DNA of 64,000 bases from Anaeramoeba ignava BMAN (taxonomy: Eukaryota > Protista > Anaeramoebae). The notes beneath the pieces were generated by a model that was not told where the DNA came from, ran no database searches, and saw only the letters and a program-made list of their open reading frames with translations. The stretch is from contig JAPDFW010000147.1 in the NCBI GenBank assembly GCA_028826165.1, positions 186,001 to 250,000 on the forward strand, in the 5' to 3' direction. This document shows positions 49,953-61,500 of the stretch, piece by piece; within the stretch, counting starts at the first letter, position 1; each line of letters starts with the position of its first letter. The position numbers and the translations under genes are program-made.

Positions 49953-49970
49953 TTAAATGACGTCATTTAA
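49953..49970. promoter_or_regulatory. 18-bp perfect palindrome containing a CRE/ATF site (TGACGTCA)
   Basis: TTAAATGACGTCATTTAA, ~90 bp upstream of the Rei1 ATG and just before TTTTCATTTT repeats. Confidence 0.5.
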
Positions 49971-50056
49971 AAAAAATATTCAAATTTTTTCATTTTTCAT
50001 TTTTCATTTTTTTCATTTTTTTCATTTTCAAAAAAATAAAAATAATAAAAATAAAA

Positions 50057-51517
50057 ATGGAAAATAATTCAAAACAAAAATCTATTAAAAAATTTACATG
50101 TTATTCTTGTAATACTGAATTTGAAATTAGAGAATTACTTATTGAACATTATAAAACTGATTGGCATCAATATAATCTTTTAAGAAGATCATCAGAAAAA
50201 CAAATAGTTACTTTTGAAGAATATCAACAAATTGCAAAAAATTTACAAGATTTAATTTCAAAAAGAAAAAATAAGAAAAAAAAATTTTTTTTAAAGAAAA
50301 AATCAATAAATACAGAAAAAGCAGAAAGATATAAATTTTTTCAAGAACAAAGAAGATTTTTTAAAAAAGCAAATATGATTGAAGATAATTCACAATTAAG
50401 TGATGATGAAATAATATTAGAAAATGAAATTAAAGAAATGAAAGTTAATTTAGAAGAAAATCAAAATCAAAATCAAAATCAAAATCAAAATCAAATTGAA
50501 AATCAAAATCAAAATCAAAATCAAAATCAAAATCAAAATCAAAATCAAAATCAAAATCAAAATCAAAATCAAAATCAAAATCAAAATCAAAATCAAAATC
50601 AAATTGAAGAAAATGAAAAATTTCAAGATGTTTTAACTCATTGTTTATTTTGTTCAGCAAAATTTGATTCAATTAATAAAGCTCTAAATCATATGAGTTC
50701 AATTCATTCTTTATTTATTCCTGATCATGAATATATCCTTGATCTTCATTCTCTTCTTCATTATTTTTATGATAAAATTGTTATTGGAAATTATTGTTTA
50801 TTTTGCAATAAGAAATTTAATAATATTCAAGCTGTAAGAGCACATATGAGAGATGTTGGTCATTCAAAAATTAATATGGATGAATCAAATTGGGAAGAAT
50901 ATTGTGAATTTTATGATTATACTTCAAGTTATCCTAAAGAAAATCAAATTGAAAATCAAAATCAAATTGAAAATCAAATTGAAAATCAAATTGAAAATCA
51001 AAATCAAAATCAAATTGAAAATCAAAATCAAAATCAAAATCAAATTGAAAATCAAAATCAAAATCAAAATCAAAATCAAAATCAAAATCAAAATCAAAAT
51101 CAAAATCAAAATCAAAATCAAAATCAAAATCAAAATCAAAATCAAAATCAAATTGAAGAAAATAAAGAAATTGATGATAAAATTAAAAAATATATTAAAT
51201 ATTCTAAATTAAATCAAGCTCATGTATCTGAAACTACTAATGAATTAGTTATTAATGGAAAGAAATTAGGTCATCGTGATTTCAATTATATTTACAAACA
51301 AAAAATACAATATTATCCAACAGAAGAAATTCATCAAAATTTAACTAAACAATATAAATCACTTGGTTGGATTGGTCCAGAATATAGTTGGAAAGAAATT
51401 ATTAAACTTAAAAATCAAGATTCAAAAGAATTTAAAAAAAGAAATAAACAAATCCTTTTAACAAGTATTCAATCAAATCCAAAAATTAATTTTACTGGTT
51501 ATGGAACTAAAAATTAA
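50057..51517 (+). CDS. REI1: Pre-60S maturation factor Rei1/ZNF622 with two (QN)n insertions
   Basis: FTCYSC..HYKTDWHQYNLLR, HCLFC..HMSSIHSLFIPD..YILD, CLFC..AVRAHMRDVGHSK, EFYDYTSSY, LGHR..YIYKQ. Confidence 0.9.
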   Translation: MENNSKQKSIKKFTCYSCNTEFEIRELLIEHYKTDWHQYNLLRRSSEKQIVTFEEYQQIAKNLQDLISKRKNKKKKFFLKKKSINTEKAERYKFFQEQRRFFKKANMIEDNSQLSDDEIILENEIKEMKVNLEENQNQNQNQNQNQIENQNQNQNQNQNQNQNQNQNQNQNQNQNQNQNQNQIEENEKFQDVLTHCLFCSAKFDSINKALNHMSSIHSLFIPDHEYILDLHSLLHYFYDKIVIGNYCLFCNKKFNNIQAVRAHMRDVGHSKINMDESNWEEYCEFYDYTSSYPKENQIENQNQIENQIENQIENQNQNQIENQNQNQNQIENQNQNQNQNQNQNQNQNQNQNQNQNQNQNQNQNQIEENKEIDDKIKKYIKYSKLNQAHVSETTNELVINGKKLGHRDFNYIYKQKIQYYPTEEIHQNLTKQYKSLGWIGPEYSWKEIIKLKNQDSKEFKKRNKQILLTSIQSNPKINFTGYGTKN

Positions 51518-51608
51518 GAAATTAAAAAATTCCAAAAATTCCAAAAGAAATTAAAAAATATTTTTTTCATTTTTTTCATTTTTTTCATTTTTCTTTTCAA
51601 AATAATAA

Positions 51609-52389
51609 ATGAATTCAAAAAATAATAAAAATAATAATAAAAATAATAATAAAAATAATAATAAAAATATTCAAAATAATGATGATGATAATTATATTCC
51701 TTCAACTTTAAGAATGATTTTATTTAAAAAAAAACAAATTGAAAATCAAAAAAAAAATCCAAAATTAAAAAATAAAATTAAAAAAAAATCAAATTATAAA
51801 AAAAATAATCAACAAAATAAACAACAAAAAAATCAAGAAAATATATTTCAAAGAAAAATAGATGAGCCTTTAGGGATTTATAGAAATCGAATAAATCAAG
51901 AAACTTCAAAAATATTGAGAAAAGATTTTTTAAAAAATAAAAAAATAACTGAAAAAGAAAAATTTTTGAAAAACAAAAACAAAAATAAAGAAAGAAAAGA
52001 AATTAAAAAAAGGAAAAAATTAGATAAAGAAATTGAAGATGAAGAATCACTTGCAAAACCTGATACTATTAAATTTGGAGAAGTTGTTCAAGAACCTCCA
52101 AAAAAACTTAATGAATTTTTTAATAAAAAAAATATTAAAAAAAAAAGAACAAAAAAAATTAAATTCAAATTCATTAAAAATCAAGAATTAATTAAAAATT
52201 GAAGAAGAAAAAGAAGAAGAAAAAGAATTATCTAAAATAAGAATTCAATTACAAAATAGAGTTATTAAAAATTATAAACGTGCAAATTTTTTAAAAAATG
52301 AAAGAAATAAAAAAAATCAAAATTTAAATTTAAAATCAAATTCAAATTTATATCAAAATTTACAAGATCAACAAAATACTTTATATTAA
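51609..52389 (+). CDS. CCDC137-like basic nucleolar protein (frameshift in an A-run near 52135-52200)
   Basis: IPSTLRMIL and DTIKFGEVVQEPP. It continues in another frame as EEEKEL..LQNRVIKNYKRA to TAA at 52387-52389. Confidence 0.6.
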
Positions 52390-53235
52390 ATAAATAATAA
52401 AGAAAATAGAAATTAAATAGAAATTAAAAATTATTTTTATTTTTAAGTGTTAATCCCCTTTTATTTTTAAAAAGAAAATTTCATTTTTTTATTTTTTTGA
52501 TCTTTAGAAAATTTTTTCAATAAAAAAAATAAATAAAAAATTAAATAATTTTAAATTATTAAATTATTAAATTTCAAATAAAGAAATTCTCTAATTGAAA
52601 AATTTTATTTTAATTTAAAAAATAATGCAGGCAAATACGTGTATTTTGAAAAAAAAATTTTTTTCTTTTTCTTTTTTTTTTCTTTTTTCTTAAACAAAAT
52701 TCAAAAAAGAAATTAAATTAATTATTAATATTAATATTAAAACTTAAAATTAAAAATTAAAATTAAAATAATTCAAATGATCATTTTAATTGTTTATTAT
52801 TTTATTTTATTTATTTTTTTTTGAGAGGGATTAAAAAGAAAAAAAAATTTTTTGTTTTTTTTTTTTCATTTTTCTTTTCACAATTTAAATAAACATAAAT
52901 TCAAATATAAATAAACATAAATATAAATAAACATAAATATAAATAAACAAAAATATAAATATAAAAATATAAATACAAATTAAAATTCGAAATTTTTTTT
53001 ATAAAAGTTTTTTTATTTGCTATGTGATCTTTAATTGTAATTAACAAAAAAACAAAAAATTTTTTTCACCTTTTTTTATTTTTATTATTTTTAAACATTT
53101 TTTTAATTTTATTTTTATTAATTATAATTAATTTTTCTTATTAAAAAACAAATAAAAAAATTTTTTAAATAGGAATTTGAACAAAAGAACAAAAGAACAA
53201 AAGAAAGGAAAAATGAAAAGGAAATTAATTTTAAT

Positions 53236-53296
53236 TTTAATTGGTTGTTTGTGGAGTCTATCCATAAAGGATATTCTTCACAAACAACCAATTAAA
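53236..53296 (+). other. Isolated long stem-loop (28-bp stem, 5-nt loop); candidate ncRNA or cis element
   Basis: TTTAATTGGTTGTTTGTGGAGTCTATCC-ATAAA-GGATATTCTTCACAAACAACCAATTAAA; 25 Watson-Crick pairs, 1 G.U pair and a 2x2 internal loop. Confidence 0.6.
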
Positions 53297-53504
53297 TTTT
53301 ATTTTTTCTTTTTTTTTTCTTTTTTAAAAAAAGAAAAGGGAAATCTGAAATAAATATCGAAGAGAAAGAAGAAGAAGAAGAAGAAAAATAATCTAAAATT
53401 ATGTTAAAATTATTTTTTTTTATGTTCTTTTTTTTCTTTCAAATTAATAAATAAATAAAAATCTTTTTCAAATCAATTTCTTTTCTTTTTCTTTTTAAAT
53501 GATT

Positions 53505-55525
53505 TGAATTAAAATTTTAATTAGATTATTTTATTGAAAAAATTGAATTAAATTTTAAAATAATTTATTTAGAAAAAAATAAGAAAAATTTTAAATAAAT
53601 TTTAAATTAAATCTTATTGAAAATTTATTGAAAAATTTATTAATTAAATTTATTGATTAAATTTATTTGATTAAAATTTTAATTAGATTATTTTATTGAA
53701 AAAATTAAAATAAATTTTAAAATAATTTATTTAGAAAAAATAAGAAAAAATTTTAAAATAAATTTTAAATTAAATCTTATTGAAAAATTATTGAAAAATT
53801 TATTAATTAAATTTATTAATTAAATTTATTTGATTAAAATTTTAATTAGATTATTTTATTGAAAAAATTTAAATAAATTATAAAATAATTTATTTAGAAA
53901 AAAATAAGAAAAATTTTAAATAAATTTTAAATTAAATCTTATTGAAAAAATTGAAAAATTTATTAATTAAATTTATTAATTAAATTGATTTGATTAAAAT
54001 TTTAATTAAATTATTTTATTGAAAAATTGAAATAAATTTTAAAATAATTTATTTAGAAAAATAAGAAAAATTTTAAATAAATTGGAAATTAAATCTTATT
54101 GAAAAATAGAAAAATTTATTAATTAAATTTATTAATTAAATTTATTTGATTAAAATTTTAATTAAATTATTTTATTGAAAAATTAAAATAAATTTTAAAA
54201 TAATTTATTTAGAAAAATAAGAAAAATTTTAAATAAATTGAAATTAAATCTTATTGAAAAATTATTGAAAAATTTATTAATTAAATTTATTAATTAAATT
54301 TATTTGATTAAAATTTTAATTAAATTATTTTATTGAAAAATTGAATTAAATTTTAAAATAATTTATTTAGAAAAATAAGAAAAATTTTAAATAAATTGGA
54401 AATTAAATCTTATTGAAAAAAAATAGAAAAATTTATTAATAAAATTTATTAATTAAATTTATTTGATTAAAATTTTAATTAAATTATTTTATTGAAAAAA
54501 TTGAAATAAATTTTAAAATAATTTATTTAGAAAAATAAGAAAAATTTTAAATAAATTTAAAATTAAATCTTATTGAAAAATTATTGAAAAATTTATTAAT
54601 TAAATTTATTAATTAAATTTATTTGGTTAAAATTTTAATTAAATTATTTTATTGAAAAATTGAATTAAATTTTAAAATAATTTATTTAGAAAAATAAGAA
54701 AAATTTTAAATAAATTTAAAATTAAATCTTATTGAAAAATAGAAAAATTTATTAATTAAAATTTATTAATTAAATTTATTTGATTAAAATTTTAATTAAA
54801 TTATTTTATTGAAAAATTAAAATAAATTTTAAAATAATTTATTTAGAAAAATAAGAAAAATTTTAAATAAATTTAAAATTAAATCTTATTGAAAAATTAT
54901 TGAAAAATTTATTAATTAAATTTATTAATTAAATTTATTTGGTTAAAATTTTAATTAAATTATTTTGAAAAATTGAATTAAATTTTAAAATAATTTATTT
55001 AGAAAAATAAGAAAAAAAATAAATTTTAAATCTTATTGAAAAATAGAAAAATTTATTAGTAAAATTTTAATTAAATTTATTTGATTAAAAATTTAATAAT
55101 TTTATTGAAAAATTGAAATAAATTTTAAAATAATTTATTTAGAAAAATAAGAAAAATTTTAAATAAATTGTAAATTAAATCTTATTGAAAATTATTGAAA
55201 AATTTATTAATTAAATTTATTAATTAAATTTATTTGATTAAAATTTTAATTAAATAATTTTATTGAAAAAATTGAAATAAATTTTAAAATAATTTATTTA
55301 GAAAAAAATAAGAAAAATTTTAAATAAATTTAAATTAAATCTTATTGAAAAAAAAGGTGAAAAATTTATTGATTAAATTTATTGATTAAATTTATTTTGA
55401 TTAAAATTTTAATTAGATTATTTTATTGAAAAAATTTGATTAAATTATAAAATAATTTGTTTAGAAAAAAATAAGAAAAATTTTAAATTAAATCTTATTG
55501 AAAAATTTATTGATTAAATTTTTTT
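53505..55525. repeat. Tandem satellite, ~13 copies of a ~147-163 bp unit, with A/B dimer alternation
   Basis: The anchor ATCTTATTGAAAA recurs at 53611, 53774, 53936, 54093, 54248, 54407, 54567, 54726, 54883, 55030, 55179, 55339 and 55492. Confidence 0.92.
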
Positions 55526-55595
55526 TAATTATTGAAAAAAAAAAAGCAAAAAAAATTTATTTTTCATTTTTCATTTTTTTTAATTTTTTTAAATA

Positions 55596-58500
55596 ATGGA
55601 AGAAGAAGAAGAAAAAAAAACATTAAAAATTTTAAACTCAAAATTATTTTCACAACTTCCTAGTCAAAAACCAGATCCTCCAAAAGAAGATGATTTTGAC
55701 CCACAAAAGTTTTTAATAGCAAATTGTTCACTTGAAATTGAAATATTTATTACACTTTCAAATACAAAACTTGAAGAAGTTTTAAAATCATTATTTTCTT
55801 TAGCAAAAAATTTATCTGAAAATTTAAATACACAAGACAATAATTTATTTATCAAACAAGAGCAATCATTATTAATTATAATTGAGTCAATGAATATGTG
55901 TTTACAATCAAAATTCGAAATGGTATTTATTTTTATTTTTTTTTAATTTATTTTTTTTTATTAAATTTTATTTTTTTTTATTTTTTAGTCAAATGAAGAA
56001 ATATTAAATTTAAAAAAGAAAAATATTCAAATTATTAATGATAATTATTGTGCAAATTTACTTGAATTAATGAACAAAATATTATTTGAAAAAAATCATG
56101 ATAAATTTCATTCAATGTTTGAAGAATATATTGGAAAATTAATAAAAAGATTAAGTCATATAAATTATGATGTGATTTTTAACAAAGTTCTTGAATTTTT
56201 AAAATTATTACAATTATCACAAACAGAAGAAATTGCAATAAATGAAATTCAACTAATAAAATATCTTGATTATAATAAAACAAGATTGGGAAAATTACTC
56301 CAAGAAATTTCCAAATATTTATCAATTTTTCAAAAACAACACCAAAAAATAGTTGCAGATTCTTTAAGATCAGCAATTTGGAATTGGATTAATAGTTGTC
56401 CATCTGAATTCTCACATTTATCAACTTCTCAAGAAAAATTTGATGTAAACATTGATTCTTTATTTGAATCATTTAAGGAATGGAGTTCTTCTTTAAAGAA
56501 GAAAGGATATATTTTTTGGCCAATTCAAACCATGTTATTAATAATAAGTCCAGATATTTTAACTCAAATTTTACATAATGAATCAAATATTCTCAATTCA
56601 ACAAAAGGTCAATTTATAGAAAATTTGCAAAAAAGTTTCTCTTCTAAGGAATCAAGTTCTTCAGTTGCTGCGCAATGTTTATTAGATATTTACAAAGTTG
56701 CAACTTATATTTCCAAATCAAGTAAAACTCCTTTACTTGGATTAGTATTAAAAATTGAGAATATTTTAAAAGTTTGTTTTAAAGAAAAAAAAAACTTGAA
56801 TTAAAATTTTAATTCAATTTAAATATTTTTGAAATTAAATTAGAAACAACTTTTCACTATCACAAAAAATGTGGGAAATACAAAAATATTATCAGATACT
56901 TTAGTTTCATCATTTAGAGTTAATCCAAGAGAAACATTATCAGGAATTTTTACATTTTGTTTGCAAAAATCAACTCCTCATTTATTTAGATTAGCTCTTG
57001 CAAAAGCACTTTATACTCTTGCACTTGAAGAATCACTTCCTTGGAACACTTCTTTTATTGAAGCCTATTCAATCTCGCCTTCAATTAAGAGATTATTCAT
57101 CAAATATTTCCAAGAACTTACTTTGTTACAACAAAAATATTCATGGGATTTTACAACGTTAAACCCATCAAATTTGAAAAAAAGACAAAGAGATCAATTT
57201 GAAACAGCAGAAATTAAATTTCAAACACTTAATGAAATTGCTAAGATTTTTTCTATTGATCCTCAATTTGTTTTTATTTGGGAATTTTCAGATCAACAAC
57301 AACTCAGAAAAAATATATTACAATTTTTCATCAGTCTTGCTTCGTGTTTAAATCCAAATTTTTCTTTTGAATTTCGTTCAAATGTCTCTTCAGCATTGAA
57401 AAAAATTCACGAAATTAAATACATTGAACAATGTTGTTATGGAAACCAAATTGATGCTTATTATTTACTAACATCTCCAATTATTGATTCAATAACAAGA
57501 ATGGCTATTAACAACAAGAATATTGAACCAAGTCAATCAAAACTTTTGGTTTCTTTGTTTAAGGAAATTCTTGAGAAAAGGAATGAATTTCTTGGGTTTT
57601 ATTTGAGACAAATTAAAACATTTAGTAGTGATACAATCATTTTACTTAATAGAGTATCATCAAAACTAGAAATAACACTATTAATTCTTTCATTGAATTC
57701 AGAATCAAGTGTTTCATCTCAAGCATTGAAATGTTTTAATTATATATGCGATGAAATTGAAAATGTTGGATTTATAAATAATTTCTCTCGCGAGGATGAT
57801 ATTGAAAAATCTAAAAATATTATATGCAATAAGCAAATTGAAAATAATACAGTTCTTGTTATGTATCCTTTTTATAGAAAATTGGCACAAATTCCACAAT
57901 CAGCAACAGGAAGACTTGCTCAACAGAAATCAATAAGACAACTTTTGAGAAAAGTCACTACAGCAACAAATTCAAATAAGGATGCTTGGATTAATATTTA
58001 TGAAAGATGGCTTTTGGCAACAAAATTTATTATTGAATACACAATTTCATTTGAAACTAATGAAGAAATGAAGCAAATTTTATTGAAAAAATTGTCAAAA
58101 TCAAGTATTACTTTGGAAGATACATATCAAAACTCAGATTTTGAATTCAACAGATGCAAATCTGAATGGTATAATTACACAGGATTTCTTTGTAGTTTAT
58201 CTTCAGTTGCTTTGTCAATAATGATAAAAGACTTGCCATTTGATACAACAAACTTGAGCAATTTTGATTTCATTTTTGATAATTTAAAATCACCTCAAAT
58301 TATGCAAAAATCAAAACAATCTATAAAAAAAGATTTACAAGAAAAAAAGGAAAATGCTAACAAAAAAAACCAAAGTTTATTATCAGAAAATTTACTTATT
58401 GATGAATTCATCTCTCAATTACTTTCATTAGCTGTTTGCAATAATATTTATTTGAGAGAAACTACTGTTCTTCTGTTAACATCTCTTCCATCTCTTGTTT

Positions 58501-61500
58501 ATTCAAATTTATTTGAACAAATTAAGCAAATTATAAAGAAAAATTTCAAAGATGATGGAAGAATAGAAACTAATGAAGAATCAACAATTTTTTATGATCA
58601 AACAATTTCAATTATCAAGAATATTTTGGATCAACCCCAAATTGTTATTGATTTGTCAATTTTCGATTTTGAAGAATTGATCATTTCTATAATTCAATAT
58701 CTATCTCAACTTTCTCCAGAACAAAATACTATCAGAATGAAAATTAAATTTTGTCATTTGCTAACGCTGATTATTCGCAAAAGAGAATATCTTCTTTTCA
58801 AAGATGAAGATAATTTCCGAAATGGTTTATTAGAAGGAATTGCAAATTGGATTTCTGATGTTCAAAGAGGATTTTCAATTTCATCAGAGAAAATGAAATC
58901 TAAAATGAAAGCAAATTCTAAAGAAGATTTAGATTCTGAAAAATTAGTCAAAGTGGAATTTAATCCAGGTATTATTACAAATAGAATGTGGAATGATCAT
59001 GACTTAGCAGTTATGATGGCAATTGATTCAATAACGAATGGATTAATTATTAAAAAGGCATTTAACATAAAAACAGGTCCAATTCTTCAAACTGAAGATG
59101 ATCTTGAAAAACGTTCCAAATTATTTGGTAGTTATTTCAAATTTTTCACATCAATTCTTCAAAGAATACAACAAGAATCAGATCAAAACAAAACAAACAA
59201 GAAAATTTCTCAACATGTAATCAACATAATTTCCAATTTATTAAATTCAAATGTAAATATTGGTTTGAAACATGCTTTGCCTTTGGGATATTTTAGTGAT
59301 ACAGAAATAAGAGCTTCATTTCTTGATGTTTTCACAAATATTTTGAAACAAGGAACAGAATTCAATTTTGTTGTAGAAACAAATGAATCAAAATATCGAA
59401 GTTTAATTAGAATGCTACTTGATAATGATCTTCATCTTTTGAGAACAATTTTTGTTGCTATTCCTTCTTTGGAAAATAATGATTTGTTCATTTTATCAAT
59501 TTTAAGAATAATTGAAGTTAATGGAGCTTCAATAGATTTATTACATTGGATTTTTGAAAAGGAACTTAATATTTTGGAAAATGAAAAAACATCTTTTTTT
59601 CAAACAAACAATTTCCAAGTTAATGTTCTTAAGATTTACTCACAAATTATTGGTACAGAATATTTACAAAGAGTTATGTATGATTCAATCAAGAATTTGT
59701 GGCAAGAAATTATTGTTAATCAAAGAGAAACTGAAATTGATGTTAGATATGTTAAAGAAACAAAAGATATTGATAAGAATTTGAAAAATTTGGAAATTTT
59801 TACACAAGAATTTTTGGATCGAATTATTGAATCAATTTATCATATTCCAATTCAATTTTTTATTATGACATTCCTTCTCAAAAAGCTTATAAAACATGAT
59901 TCAAATTTGAAAACAAGTGAATGCATATCCAAAATATTTTTCAATAATTTCATTTGTCCAGCATTAATTTCACCAGAAAAATATGATATTTTCACATTTA
60001 GAATACCTTCTGAAGTTAGAAGAGGATTGGTTTTAATATCCAAAACAATCAACAAATTATCATCAAATGAAAAATTTGGAATTGAAGAGGATTATATGAT
60101 TCCAATGAATAAATTCATCAGTCAAAATCGCAAAAATATTGAAGGATTTCTTGAACAACTTTTTGAAATTCCATTTATTGAAGGAGATGCTAAATCATCA
60201 CAAGAAATTACAAAGAAATTGAAAGAATTTTTTGAAGATCCAAAAACAACAATTAAAATTAAAGATATTTTACAAGAATTGAATTTAGTTCCTGAAGGAA
60301 TTTCTCCTAAAACAATCAACAATGATTTCCACACCATTCACAAAGAGTTGATGAATAACTACCAAATTCTGGAAACACATTTTGAAAAGAATCAAGATCA
60401 AAAACAACTTTTTGATTTTGGTAAATTCTTAACACTTATTCAGAATTTAGAAGAATCAATAGATATTTTATCAATTGAAAAGAAATCAGATCAAAAAAAG
60501 CAAAGTGAAAATGAGAATGAAAATGTTTCAATTAGTCTTGAATCATGGCAAATTCAAGTTGAAGAACCAGAAATACGAGATCAAAGAAATCATGATTTTA
60601 TGGCTTCGATGTCAATAATTGGGGAAACTAAAGAATTTGAACCAATTTTCTATACTCATGAATATTCAAAAGCAAAGGAGAAAGTTTTTTATCTTATTCC
60701 AAGAAGAATAGTTCAAATTGATATTTCAGTTCTTATTTATCATATTTTGCATCTTGTTTCAAAACATTCAGAAGAAGATTTTATAATTATAATTGATTGC
60801 ACTTTATTTTCAAATCAAAATGAAATTAATAGAAGTTGGATTAATCGTTTTACAGGATTAGTACCAAGTTATTGGGATAATCATTTGAAAAAAATAATAT
60901 TCATTTCACCTTCTTCAGATTTCCGCAAATTCACAATGAAAATTCTTCCCTATTTTAGAGCATCTGTATTGAAATTGATTCATATTGTTGATAAACCAAC
61001 ACAAATATATGAATATATTGATGAGAAAAATCATTTAATTCCTGAAGGAACAATGGAAACAGAAAAAACAATCAAAGAAAAATTTACAGATATTTATCAA
61101 ACATTCCGAGATCAACGTAAAAATGTTATATTTGAAATTTCTCCGCGTTTACTTCATATAATTTATATTAAGGAATCTTTATTTGATCGACTTGAAAATA
61201 TTGTTGATATTTTCCATATTACTCAAGTTATTAATATTGAACAATCACAAGATAATGAAGAGCAATTCTCAGTTAAAATACACACAAAAAACAGTCAAAA
61301 ATTATTGATTTTCCATTCTCCAAATTCAAAGAAAATTGTGGAAACAATCAAAAATATGAAACAACAATATAATAAATTCCGAGGAATTGTTCACGATTCT
61401 AAATCTTATCGAGATACATTCACAGAAGTATATCCATCAGATGTTCCAGGATCACTACTGAACATTGCATTAATAAATTTAGGAAGTGATTCTGAAACAC

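Noticed and set aside
4888-52389. Programmed ribosomal frameshifting or RNA editing as the explanation for the many frameshifts
   Set aside because: The shifts fall at different positions in near-identical paralogues, often in homopolymers, with no shared slippery motif. Consensus error or pseudogenisation is simpler, and reads are needed to decide.
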